From Bacillales bacterium UBA4278 (GTDB taxonomy: Bacteria; Bacillota_I; Bacilli_A; RFN20; CAG-826), in assembly GCA_002395065.1 (NCBI GenBank), contig DGVS01000008.1, positions 807 through 64,806 of the forward strand: a stretch of 64,000 bases of DNA, written 5' to 3'. A model generated the notes under the pieces. The model worked only from the letters and a program-made list of their open reading frames with translations. It searched no databases and was not told the origin of the DNA. The stretch's first letter is position 1; the number at the start of each line of letters is the position of its first letter. This document shows, piece by piece, positions 31,999 to 41,376 of the stretch. The translations under genes were made by a program, and so were the position numbers.

Positions 31999-32898
31999 AT
32001 GACAAAGGAAACAACCGTTACAATTGTTGGAGCCGGACCAGCCGGTTTGTATTTTGCAAATCTCTGCCAAAAGGCGGGAATTGATTATCTTTTAATCGAT
32101 GCCTCAAATGAAGTTGGTGGACAGATTACACACCTTTACCCCGAAAAAGAAATTGTTGATATTCCAGGCATCAATTCAATCATTTCAAAAGACTATATTT
32201 CAAAACTTTTAAAAGGTGTTGATAAAAGCAAAATTCTCCTCAATACAAAGGTTGAAAAAATTGAAAATAACAAGGTTTTTGCAGGTGATTTTGTTGCAAA
32301 ATCCAAATATGTCATTCTTGCTGTTGGATTAGGCTTTTCTTCGCCAAGACCTCTTGGAATAGAACACGAAAATGAGTGCAAGAACATTCTCTATCACCTT
32401 AAAAAATTTGATTTTCTAAAAGATAAAAAAGTTGCTATTTTTGGTGGAGGAGATTCAGCGCTCGACTGGTCAAAAGAAATATCGAAGATCTCTAATGATG
32501 TACACTTAATTCATCGAAGAACAGAGTTTAGAGGAAACCATGAAACAATTAAGGATTGCAAAAATTTAAAAATTCATCTTCCTTATGTACCATATTCTAT
32601 AGAATATGAAAACGGAAAAGCTACATCGATAACAATTAAAAAAGTTCTTCCGGAAGGCGAGAAGGAAGAATTCGAAAAGATTTATGTTGATTACATTTTG
32701 GTCAACTATGGCAATATTGCTGCTAACTGTGATTTTGGTTTTGAAAAACAAGGAATGTTTGTAAAAGTTGATAAAGACAACAAAGTTAAAAACAACATTT
32801 TTGCTGTCGGTGATATCTGCGATTACGAAAACAAAAAAAGACGCATTGCGCCTTCAATTGCCGAGTGTGACAGGGTATTTAAACTTATTCAGTCTTAA
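31999..32898 (+). CDS. TrxR-like ferredoxin/flavodoxin--NADP+ reductase (YumC type)
   Basis: GAGPAGLY FAD motif, GGGDSALDW plus HRRTEFR NADPH motifs, no redox CxxC pair, GDI near the C-terminus. Confidence 0.8.
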   Translation: MTKETTVTIVGAGPAGLYFANLCQKAGIDYLLIDASNEVGGQITHLYPEKEIVDIPGINSIISKDYISKLLKGVDKSKILLNTKVEKIENNKVFAGDFVAKSKYVILAVGLGFSSPRPLGIEHENECKNILYHLKKFDFLKDKKVAIFGGGDSALDWSKEISKISNDVHLIHRRTEFRGNHETIKDCKNLKIHLPYVPYSIEYENGKATSITIKKVLPEGEKEEFEKIYVDYILVNYGNIAANCDFGFEKQGMFVKVDKDNKVKNNIFAVGDICDYENKKRRIAPSIAECDRVFKLIQS

Positions 32899-33415
32899 AA
32901 TCTCTTGCAAATCTCGAATAATATTCACGAATCTCTTCATCATTAAACGGAGATTCTTTTTTTTCAATTTTCTTATAAACTTCATCGACTGAATGAGAAA
33001 GGATATTCATTATTTCTTGTGAGTAACCTTGCTCTTCAGCATGTTTTTTGTATTCGGATACATCGAGAAGTTTGGTTGATCCATCAGTAAATTTCTTTAT
33101 GTCGAGGTCATAATCAATGTATTTGATATATCCTTTGTCATAAATTGCCGGGGACGCAATATTGACATAATAAGAAATGCCCTCTTCCTTAAACATAGCA
33201 ATCACATTAAACCAGTGTTTCTTAGAAAGAATAAACATTGCTGGTTCTTTTGTGTGCCATTTGCGCCCGTCAGCCTCGATGACCGAAGCTCGAATAGAAG
33301 CGAGCACAAAATAATCATCATTGTCTTCCACCACATAGCTATGTGACCATTGGCGATGGAGTTCTTGATTGTGCTTATAGGCCTGGATAATGACCCACTT
33401 CTTTTCTAATGACAT
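32885..33415 (-). CDS. DUF402-family nucleoside tri/diphosphate phosphatase (Ntdp/YgaC-like)
   Basis: 176 aa. AYKHNQELHRQW...WFNVIAMF...YYVNIASP...YIDYDLDIK matches the DUF402/UPF0374 pattern. Confidence 0.75.
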   Translation of the reverse strand: MSLEKKWVIIQAYKHNQELHRQWSHSYVVEDNDDYFVLASIRASVIEADGRKWHTKEPAMFILSKKHWFNVIAMFKEEGISYYVNIASPAIYDKGYIKYIDYDLDIKKFTDGSTKLLDVSEYKKHAEEQGYSQEIMNILSHSVDEVYKKIEKKESPFNDEEIREYYSRFARDFKTE

Positions 33416-34443
33416 TAATCAAGTTCCTTTGCTAATTGACAGGCTTTTAAAATATCCTTTTTGTAACCTTTGACAGGCTCTTGGTTAAATGGACGATCTA
33501 ATGGAATAACCATTAATGGATCATCATAGCCAAGAGCGATATAAGTTGTTCCTGGTTGAATCGAAATCGCAATATCAACAAGTTCTTTGTTTGGCTTCAT
33601 TGAATTAACAATTTTCATCACTTTTGTGTTAAGTGTTTTTTCCCATTTTGAGTCGTTTGAATAAATCGCAATTTTGGCATCGTCTTTAACGACTTTCACA
33701 TCTTCTAAATTTGTTGGAGGAAGAGAGCGTTGATCACCTTTTATATAAATATAAATTGGTTCTTTTCCTTCATATTTATTTCCAGTAACGAGATACTTTC
33801 CAACGAAAATTGGTGCAACTCGTTTATCTGTTTTAACAGAGCCTGCACAGTCACAAACTAAGATAGGTTTTTTCTCATATTCAAACGTTGTTGCTCCGCG
33901 ACTACGAACTTCCAAAACATCTTTGTAAAGATTACTATCGATGAAAAGGTGGTCTTCAATTTTTCCTGGGTTTTCAAAGACAACTTTCTCAAAATTCTTT
34001 GAACCAAAAACATATTTGTTCATGTTTCCATAGAAAACAGAAAAATAATTCCTCATTTTTTCAGTCATCTTTTTTCGTGTTAAAAACGAGAAAGCTAAAA
34101 CACATCCAAGTAGGACAACTGCAACAGTAATCATCACTGGGAGCTGCCAAGAGGCTCCTTGCCCAACGTTCGGAATAATAAGGAATGTTCCAACCATCAA
34201 AAACATCACGACGAAAAATACAATGGATTTAATTCTGTTTCCGCTACGATATTCGCCTAAGAATTTAACTCGTTGATCTTCGATGGCTTGTAGTTCTTCA
34301 CTATCGTAAACTGGTTTGGTTGGCTCAGGTTGTGTTTCTAAAACAGCGTTTTCTTCTTTCACCTGTTCAACCTGAGGCATTTCTTCATTAGAAGAAACCT
34401 CTTCTGCTTGTACTTCATTGTTCTGAACTGTTTCTCTTTCCAT
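33415..34443 (-). CDS. Membrane-anchored protein, unknown function
   Basis: 342 aa: acidic disordered N-terminus, two TM helices, about 210-aa C-terminal domain. Its stop overlaps the start of the DUF402 gene. An AGGTGA RBS is present. Confidence 0.65.
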   Translation of the reverse strand: MERETVQNNEVQAEEVSSNEEMPQVEQVKEENAVLETQPEPTKPVYDSEELQAIEDQRVKFLGEYRSGNRIKSIVFFVVMFLMVGTFLIIPNVGQGASWQLPVMITVAVVLLGCVLAFSFLTRKKMTEKMRNYFSVFYGNMNKYVFGSKNFEKVVFENPGKIEDHLFIDSNLYKDVLEVRSRGATTFEYEKKPILVCDCAGSVKTDKRVAPIFVGKYLVTGNKYEGKEPIYIYIKGDQRSLPPTNLEDVKVVKDDAKIAIYSNDSKWEKTLNTKVMKIVNSMKPNKELVDIAISIQPGTTYIALGYDDPLMVIPLDRPFNQEPVKGYKKDILKACQLAKELD

Positions 34444-34503
34444 ATGATCACCTATTTATACTTAAATAAATTGTATATGATTCACTTACATTATTATAGA
34501 AAA

Positions 34504-35544
34504 TTATTTTTCTACCGGAAAACGTTTATTAACCATAATCATCGGCCCATAAATCGCGACTAACGCTGCTATTGCAATTGCGCCAGATATAGACACATAA
34601 AGAACGTTATATGCCATTGCAGCTTGAATTTCGTAACCATAAATGATCATTGATGATGTACAACCGCCAACAAAACGTAGCGCCGTGGAAAGAATTCCTC
34701 CAATAACAATGAAGAGAATTCCTTTTATGTTATAACCATTTTGATCTTTTCCAAAAATAAGCGGCTGGAAAAACCCTAAAACGCAAACAGAGCCCATGCC
34801 CAATAAATAGTCAAATGGGAATGTCACAATGCCATAACCATCAGCTAAACAGTTTATTAAACCGTATGCAATACCGGCACCAATGAATCCTTTTAACGGC
34901 CCTTTTCTTAATGCCAAAATCATAAGCGGTAACATTTGAAAATTAACAGATCCACCGCTTTCACCAAGTTGAACAATCTTAACAAAGTTAAGAACAAGTG
35001 CCATAGCAATTAATACACCGATTTCTGTTATATCAATGGCACTAATTGAGGTATGGCTTGCAGCAATAGACAAAGCCACTAAACCAGCAATAAAGAATGC
35101 TACTATTGGCAAAACATAACAGAAGAAAATATCATGTGGTTCATAACCAAGCTCGTAACCACTAGAAACATATAAATCGTTCGCTGCAATATCGCGGACG
35201 ACAATCGCGTTAATACCACTCAATAAGAAAAGTAAAACTGCGACAACATAGAAATTTTTGTGTTTACGTCCCAAAAAAATGGCGCCACAAGCAATGAGAG
35301 GAAAAACTAGATATGTTGTGATAAAGAACGCAGTTGTTGGGCCACTAAACGAGCCACCAAATAATGTGCTTCCAAGAGTAAATGATGGATAAGTTTTAAC
35401 CCCATCAATTTTAACCTTCACATCAAAGAATGTTCCTATAAATGAAAGACCAATAAAAAGTAAAACAAAGCCAAGAATACATAATGGCATCAGTTTAATC
35501 ATTTTTTGTCTTATTGGAGAATATTGTTGTTTTGACTCTTCCAT
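34504..35544 (-). CDS. thiT: Thiamine ECF-transporter S component (ThiT-like) fused to an N-terminal 4-5 TM extension
   Basis: The C-terminal ~180 aa (ITEIGVLIAMALVLNF...LPLMILALRKGPLKGFIGAGIAYGLIN...ALVAIYGPMIMVNKRFP) resemble ThiT. A TPP riboswitch lies immediately upstream. The N-terminal ~165 aa are not recognised. Confidence 0.75.
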   Translation of the reverse strand: MEESKQQYSPIRQKMIKLMPLCILGFVLLFIGLSFIGTFFDVKVKIDGVKTYPSFTLGSTLFGGSFSGPTTAFFITTYLVFPLIACGAIFLGRKHKNFYVVAVLLFLLSGINAIVVRDIAANDLYVSSGYELGYEPHDIFFCYVLPIVAFFIAGLVALSIAASHTSISAIDITEIGVLIAMALVLNFVKIVQLGESGGSVNFQMLPLMILALRKGPLKGFIGAGIAYGLINCLADGYGIVTFPFDYLLGMGSVCVLGFFQPLIFGKDQNGYNIKGILFIVIGGILSTALRFVGGCTSSMIIYGYEIQAAMAYNVLYVSISGAIAIAALVAIYGPMIMVNKRFPVEK

Positions 35545-35545
35545 A

Positions 35546-35668
35546 AAAAAATCCGCCTTTCGTTAGCGGATAATAAACAAAAAGTTCACCTCCGCTAGCA
35601 TTACCTAGATCAGGTATGGTCAATTCCGAAGAAGGAATAATCTCAGCCGAGTTCGCTCAGCACCCAAA
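35546..35668 (-). ncRNA. TPP (THI-box) riboswitch with terminator-type expression platform
   Basis: Minus strand GGGTGCTGAGCGAACTCGGCTGAGA...ACCTGATCTAGGTAATGCTAGCGGAGG contains the conserved CUGAGA and ACCUGAUCUGGAUAAUGCCAGCG-like cores. It is followed by an ATCCGC-taacgaaag-GCGGAT hairpin (35551..35571) plus T7 that abuts the ATG. Confidence 0.9.
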
Positions 35669-35681
35669 TAATATTTTAGTT

Positions 35682-36344
35682 TTATATATTAGACCATTCA
35701 ATCTTTTTAATTTTATTTGACTCTAAAAATTGGTTGGCTTTTGAAAACTGATGTTCATTAAACCATCCGCCATGATTCGCTCCAAGTGGTGATGGGTGGG
35801 ACGACTTTAGAATTAAATGGTTGTGGTTTGACAGGTGTTTTTCGTATTTTTTAGCAAAATTTCCCCAAAGCATAAAAACAATTGGTTGGTTGCAAAAATT
35901 AAGAAATTTTATTACATCTAACATCAAGCAATCATATTCTTTTTTATGGTGTGAAAGAGCTTGTCCTGCAACGACCGTAAGATATGCATTTATTAATAGC
36001 ACCCCTTGTTTTGCTAGGTATGTTAAATCACCATTTTTAAAATCCATATCACATCCAATATCGTTATGAATCTCTTTAAATATATTTGCCAAACTTGGAG
36101 GGACTTTTGTGCCTTTTGGAACAGAAAACGATAATCCCTGTGCTTGACCTGGTTCGTGATATGGGTCTTGGCCAATAATGACAATCTTGATTTGATCGAC
36201 CGGTGTTAGTTCAAATGCTTTAAAGAGATTTTCACGTACTGGATATATTGTTTTTGTTGCGTATTCCTCGTCAAGAAAACGCATTAAATCACGATAATAT
36301 CCCTTTGTTTCTATTTCCTTAAAGAAATCTGACCATGTTTTCAT
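35682..36344 (-). CDS. ung: Uracil-DNA glycosylase (family 1)
   Basis: GQDPYH and HPSPLGA motifs. Confidence 0.95.
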   Translation of the reverse strand: MKTWSDFFKEIETKGYYRDLMRFLDEEYATKTIYPVRENLFKAFELTPVDQIKIVIIGQDPYHEPGQAQGLSFSVPKGTKVPPSLANIFKEIHNDIGCDMDFKNGDLTYLAKQGVLLINAYLTVVAGQALSHHKKEYDCLMLDVIKFLNFCNQPIVFMLWGNFAKKYEKHLSNHNHLILKSSHPSPLGANHGGWFNEHQFSKANQFLESNKIKKIEWSNI

Positions 36345-36396
36345 TGCTTAAATTATAATTTTCTAAACGTTGATAAACAATGTATAATTGTTTCAA

Positions 36397-37485
36397 ATGA
36401 AAAAGGTTCTAATCGTTTTTAATCATCCCGCGCCATACAAAGTTCGTTTGTTTAACGAACTAAGTCAAAGAATGGATCTTTACGTTATCTTTGAGCGAAG
36501 CCAAAATAAAAACCGTTCATTAAGTTTCTACTCAGAAAACGACTTTAAATTTAAAACTATCAAAGTTACTGGCATAAAACTTGGAGATGAAAATTTTCTT
36601 TCGTCAGGAGTAAAAAACCACATTAAGAAAAACCACTATGACTTAATTGTTATGAATGGTTATTCACAATTTGCTGAAATGAAAGCTATACGTTATATGC
36701 AGAAGCGTTATATTCCTTATGTATTATTTATTAATGGCGGAATCATAAACAGAAAAGAATCTAAATGTAAGCGAAGATTAAAAACTTCCTTTATGTCAAA
36801 AGCAAAGTTCTATCTTTCTCCCGATAAAGAATCAAATAAATATCTGGAATATTATGGCGCAGACAAATCTAAAATTTTTAACTACCCTTATTCAACCTTC
36901 TATGAAAATGAGATTGCTCCTAAAGAATTAACCAAAGAAGAAAAGAATGCCTTTAAGGAGAAATATGATTTACAAGGTGAAAAAGTTTTTGTTTCCGCCG
37001 GACAGCTAATCAAAAGGAAGAATTATTTAACTTTAATTGAGTCTTGGAAAGAAATGCCCGAATCACACCATCTTTACATTTTTGGCGATGGAAAAGAGCA
37101 CCGTCATTATTTGAAAATTATTGAGGATTTACAGGTGAAAAATGTTCATTTGCGTGATTTTTTACCAAAGAATAAATTATTTGAGATTTTCCGCTGCTCA
37201 GACATATTTATTTTCCCTAGCAACGAAGACATCTATGGTCATGTTATTAATGAATCTTTATCACAAGGACTCCCGGTTATATCAAATTTAAATGTTAATT
37301 CTGCTAAAAAACTTTTAAATGAAAAAACAGGAATTTTAACGAGTGACTTTTCAGCAAAGAATATTCTTAAATGTTTGCAACAAATCGAAGATAATACATC
37401 ATTCGATGATTGCGTGCGTGTTGCCAAAGACAACACTATTGAGAAAATGTCAGATTCAATTTCTCAAATTCTTTTGGAGAACTAA
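36397..37485 (+). CDS. Glycosyltransferase, GT4 (GT-B fold)
   Basis: C-terminal domain with FIFPSNEDIYGHVINESLSQGLPVIS (E-x7-E-type motif). ATG 36397 is preferred over TTG 36388. Confidence 0.85.
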   Translation: MKKVLIVFNHPAPYKVRLFNELSQRMDLYVIFERSQNKNRSLSFYSENDFKFKTIKVTGIKLGDENFLSSGVKNHIKKNHYDLIVMNGYSQFAEMKAIRYMQKRYIPYVLFINGGIINRKESKCKRRLKTSFMSKAKFYLSPDKESNKYLEYYGADKSKIFNYPYSTFYENEIAPKELTKEEKNAFKEKYDLQGEKVFVSAGQLIKRKNYLTLIESWKEMPESHHLYIFGDGKEHRHYLKIIEDLQVKNVHLRDFLPKNKLFEIFRCSDIFIFPSNEDIYGHVINESLSQGLPVISNLNVNSAKKLLNEKTGILTSDFSAKNILKCLQQIEDNTSFDDCVRVAKDNTIEKMSDSISQILLEN

Positions 37486-38646
37486 ATGAACATTATTTTC
37501 TTAACTTCTTCAACATCGGAAAACGTGTTTCACAACATTTGTTCGGAATCAAAAGTTTTACCAAACCCAAGCAATCAAAATTTTTATCATAAGCTCATTA
37601 AAGCTTTATCGTTTTATGACAATGTGGAAGTTGTTTCACATCGGCCATCTGCAAAAGGCGTAACTCTTCCTCCAATTGAAGATGACCATGATGACCGTGT
37701 CCCTTATCACTATACAAAAATCCAAAAAACTCTTTTCTACAAGATCTTTAGAGAAAAACACCAGATTGTTGAAACAACAGTAAAAATTTTAGATTCATAC
37801 CTTCACAAGGATTCCATTATTGTAGTTGATGTCTTGCGAAGAAATCTTTTAAATGCTGCACTAAAAATTAAACACAAACATGGTATTCCAGTTATTGGCG
37901 TCCTCACAGACAACCCTTACAACCTTACCAACGTATCAGATCATTATGCCGAGAAAACTATCAATAAAACAGCAAAGCTGGATGGCTTTTTAACATTAAC
38001 AGATGGACTTCTTGCGGCTTATGGAATCGCAGGAAAACCAACATATATTTTTGAAGGAATTGTTGAAGATATACCAACGTTTAAAAGAGAGCCTTTGGGT
38101 GACTATATTGCTTTTGCTGGCTCATTGTACGAACGATATGGTGTTAAAAATCTTGTTGATTCTTTTAATGGTCTGGACCAAAAAATTAATTTAGTCATTT
38201 TAGGAAACGGGCCATTAAAGAGTTATATCTCTAATCTCGGCCAACACGATCATCGCGTTTTATATTTGTCTCAACTTAGCAAAAACAAAACATACTGTAT
38301 CGAACAACACGCTTTAGCAAACATTAATCCGCGTCCATTAAATGAGACTCTCGACAAACAGTCCGTTCCTTCAAAAATGTTGGATTATCTTGCGAGTGGT
38401 GTTCCAACAATATCAACAAAGCATCCGAGATTATACGAACTTTTCAAAAACGATGTTTATTGGATTGATGATACCTCTGCTCAAGGTATTCAAAAAGCAA
38501 TTCTAGATTTTCTTAATTCCTCCCAGATTGAAAAAACAAAAAAGGCCTTGTCCGCCAAGACAAAGGTCTATTCAATGTTTGGAAGTTTAGTTCAAGGAGA
38601 AGGGATTTCTCACTTCTTAAATTCTTTTAATACATCTAAAAGCTGA
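37486..38646 (+). CDS. Glycosyltransferase, GT-B fold (GT1/GT4-like)
   Basis: YIAFAGSLYERYGVKNL...VPSKMLDYLASGVPTIS. Starts directly at the stop of the preceding GT gene. Confidence 0.75.
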   Translation: MNIIFLTSSTSENVFHNICSESKVLPNPSNQNFYHKLIKALSFYDNVEVVSHRPSAKGVTLPPIEDDHDDRVPYHYTKIQKTLFYKIFREKHQIVETTVKILDSYLHKDSIIVVDVLRRNLLNAALKIKHKHGIPVIGVLTDNPYNLTNVSDHYAEKTINKTAKLDGFLTLTDGLLAAYGIAGKPTYIFEGIVEDIPTFKREPLGDYIAFAGSLYERYGVKNLVDSFNGLDQKINLVILGNGPLKSYISNLGQHDHRVLYLSQLSKNKTYCIEQHALANINPRPLNETLDKQSVPSKMLDYLASGVPTISTKHPRLYELFKNDVYWIDDTSAQGIQKAILDFLNSSQIEKTKKALSAKTKVYSMFGSLVQGEGISHFLNSFNTSKS

Positions 38647-39797
38647 GAGGTTAATTTCTCGGCCGTTAAATGTTCGTTGAAATAGCGCAAATTGTTTGAA
38701 CCAAGCAGCGCTTTTTCTTTATCGGAAATATCGCAGATTTGCGAGAAAATATTTGATATTTGCAGGGGATTTTCATCAGAAAAGACTGTTCCTTTTGCTT
38801 TTTCAAGAAGGTCTTTTGCATCACCTTTAATTACACCAATTAATGGCTTTCCATATTTCATATATTGAATGGCTTTATTTGGGATTGTTTTACCAACTGT
38901 TCCCTGATTCTTTAATGAGACAATTAATGCATCGGCGTTTTTATAATATCGTTCTGCTTTCTCAATTGGTAAAGCCCCGGCATATTCAACTCTGTCTTCT
39001 AAATGCTCTTTAGCAATTTGCTTTTTAATATTTTCGAGATTTGTGCCCATTCCCATTAGATAGAGTTTCGCATCATTTCGTTTTAAAAGATTCATCGCTT
39101 CAACAAGTTCAGAAGTCAATTGTAGTGTTCCAATATTTCCAGCATAAACAAAGTTATGCTTCTTCTCAAAAACGATTGGTTCAAGTTCTTCTTTAGATTT
39201 TAATATCGGTTGATAAACAACAGGAAACTTTTTGTCAAAAATATGTAGCACATCTTTGAAATATGATTTAAAAGAAGGCGAGGAAATTACAATTTCATCA
39301 CATTGCTCATAAAGTTTCTTTGACCATCTATAAAGGATTTTATAAACAATCGACCCTTTTCTCACTGCGCCAGTAACAACAGTAGATTCTGGCCAAAGAT
39401 CCTGACAATACAAAACATGTGGAACATGGTGTTTTTTGGCATATTTGATTGCCGGAGCAATCGAAATCACTGGTGATAATGAAATTGATAATACAACATC
39501 AAAATCATGGTCGAGTTTTTTTACATAACGTTTTGCATTCCTATGGAATGATAAGTAGTTTCGAATGATTGAAATTCGTGAATGTTTTCGTGGATAAAGC
39601 TTAGTTCTTAAAACTCTAACACCATTGATGTTTTCTTCTTTAACTTTCTTGTATTCTTCAAGAATGTATCCATAACCGTAATTTGGTTTTCCGGTCAATA
39701 CGGTAACCTCATTGCCTTGTTTAACAAGTTCTTCAGCAATATCGCTCGTTGAAAAACGTTCAGGGTAATAATACTGCGTAACCAGAAGAATTTTCAT
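38610..39797 (-). CDS. Glycosyltransferase, GT4 (WcaI-like)
   Basis: MKILLVTQYYYPERFSTSDIAEEL N-terminus and a GT-B C-terminal domain. ATG 39797 chosen. Its 3' end overlaps the convergent GT gene by 37 nt. Confidence 0.85.
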   Translation of the reverse strand: MKILLVTQYYYPERFSTSDIAEELVKQGNEVTVLTGKPNYGYGYILEEYKKVKEENINGVRVLRTKLYPRKHSRISIIRNYLSFHRNAKRYVKKLDHDFDVVLSISLSPVISIAPAIKYAKKHHVPHVLYCQDLWPESTVVTGAVRKGSIVYKILYRWSKKLYEQCDEIVISSPSFKSYFKDVLHIFDKKFPVVYQPILKSKEELEPIVFEKKHNFVYAGNIGTLQLTSELVEAMNLLKRNDAKLYLMGMGTNLENIKKQIAKEHLEDRVEYAGALPIEKAERYYKNADALIVSLKNQGTVGKTIPNKAIQYMKYGKPLIGVIKGDAKDLLEKAKGTVFSDENPLQISNIFSQICDISDKEKALLGSNNLRYFNEHLTAEKLTSQLLDVLKEFKK

Positions 39798-39894
39798 AGC
39801 AAAATTATAATCATTATTGATTAAAAACAAAAACACTCAAATGAATTATTTTTTGTGCTATGCCTAAAAATAATGTAATATCTTTTTTGTACCT

Positions 39895-41370
39895 ATGAAA
39901 AATCAGGTTCAATCAAACGTTATTGTAAATCTCATTCGAACAGTAACGATGACATTATTGTCTTTCGTTACTTTTCCATATGTATGTCGAGTTCTTGGAG
40001 ATTCCGCATTAGGGTTATATTCGTGGGCCGCCGCTTTTGTCTACTACTTTGTAGTTCTTGCAAAAGTCGCTATTCCAAATATTGCTGTTCGCGAATGTAT
40101 TAAAGTGCGCAACAATCCAGATGAACTATCCACTAAGGTTCAGGAGTTCTTTATCATTCAAGCTATTGCAACATTAGTCTCGTTTGGATTAATGGCAATC
40201 CTTGTTTTTACTATTCCAGCCTTAAGAGAAACCAAAACACTTGTCTTCATATTGAGCATCAATTTTTTAACCAATGTTTTGACATTCGAATGGTTATATC
40301 AAGCATTTGAAAAGCACACATATCTTGCTATTCGTTCAGTCATTATTGCCTCAGTTATTGATATTATAATTTTCGCCACAATTCGAAGACCGGAAAATGT
40401 TATTTTGTATTCTTTCCTAGTTGTTTCAACTGGTTTATTAACTATGGTCTCCAATTTAATTTACCTGCCAAAACTCGTACGAATTAAGAAATGTAGACCT
40501 TATAACTTCAAACAATATATTCCTGTTTTAGCAACGCTTTTAGTCATTGCCTTTGTCGGTTCTTTGTATGATAAAACAGACACTTTTATTCTTGGCCTAA
40601 TTGATCCGTCTAAAACATCTGTTGGTTCATATACAGTAGGAGTCAAGTCAATCGAAATAGTTCTAGGAATAGTTATGTCACTTAGTGCTGTCTTTGTGCC
40701 AAGAGCAGTTTACTATCAACAAAAAGAAGATGAGAAACAATTCAATAACTTGAACATGTATTCTGGAAATATAACATTGTTAATTGTTCTTCCGGCTATT
40801 GCTTTATCAATCACCCTGGCCATGCCTATCACCAAGGTCATCTCTGGTTTAAGTGGCTATGCTGATGCAGGAACAATTTTAATGGTTCTTTCAAGCATGA
40901 TGGCTACATTTTCAATTTGCAATATCGTCTACACTCAGATCTTGATTCCACAAAAAAAGGAAAGGTTTTACCTTTATGTCATATTGGTGTCTGTAGTATT
41001 GAATGTGGCATTATCAGTTTTGTTTGGTGTTGTTGTTTTCAAAGACCACCCAGCTATTGGCGTTGCTGTTGGTACCGCTGTAACAGACTTACTGATGCTA
41101 GCGTGTTTAATTGGCCTAACTTGGAAAAATTCCAAACAAATCATCTTCAACACGAACAACATTAAGCTTCTTGTTCTTGCTATTGCTATCGCTCTTATTA
41201 ACATCTTTATTAGACAACCGATAGAAGCCGCGTTCTTAAAAACAATGAATGAGGAAACAGCCTACATTATTGAGATTGTTGTGGTCTTCTTAATCGACGC
41301 TATCATTTACGTTGCCGGTTTAATATTAAGCCGAGAAAAATTCGTTCGCTCTTTAAAATTAAAAAGGTAA
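39895..41370 (+). CDS. wzx: Wzx-type polysaccharide flippase (MOP superfamily)
   Basis: 491 aa with about 12-14 TM. The N-terminus (NLIRTVTMTLLSFVTFPYVCRVLG) is typical of polysaccharide-biosynthesis flippases. Confidence 0.8.
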   Translation: MKNQVQSNVIVNLIRTVTMTLLSFVTFPYVCRVLGDSALGLYSWAAAFVYYFVVLAKVAIPNIAVRECIKVRNNPDELSTKVQEFFIIQAIATLVSFGLMAILVFTIPALRETKTLVFILSINFLTNVLTFEWLYQAFEKHTYLAIRSVIIASVIDIIIFATIRRPENVILYSFLVVSTGLLTMVSNLIYLPKLVRIKKCRPYNFKQYIPVLATLLVIAFVGSLYDKTDTFILGLIDPSKTSVGSYTVGVKSIEIVLGIVMSLSAVFVPRAVYYQQKEDEKQFNNLNMYSGNITLLIVLPAIALSITLAMPITKVISGLSGYADAGTILMVLSSMMATFSICNIVYTQILIPQKKERFYLYVILVSVVLNVALSVLFGVVVFKDHPAIGVAVGTAVTDLLMLACLIGLTWKNSKQIIFNTNNIKLLVLAIAIALINIFIRQPIEAAFLKTMNEETAYIIEIVVVFLIDAIIYVAGLILSREKFVRSLKLKR

Positions 41371-41376
41371 AAAACT

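Noticed and set aside
38610-38612. Possibility that the organism uses the Mollicutes code (TGA = Trp).
   Set aside because: TGA functions as a stop (for example at the end of the GT4 gene, 38610..38612). All conserved proteins are full length under code 11, and Trp positions in conserved motifs are TGG.
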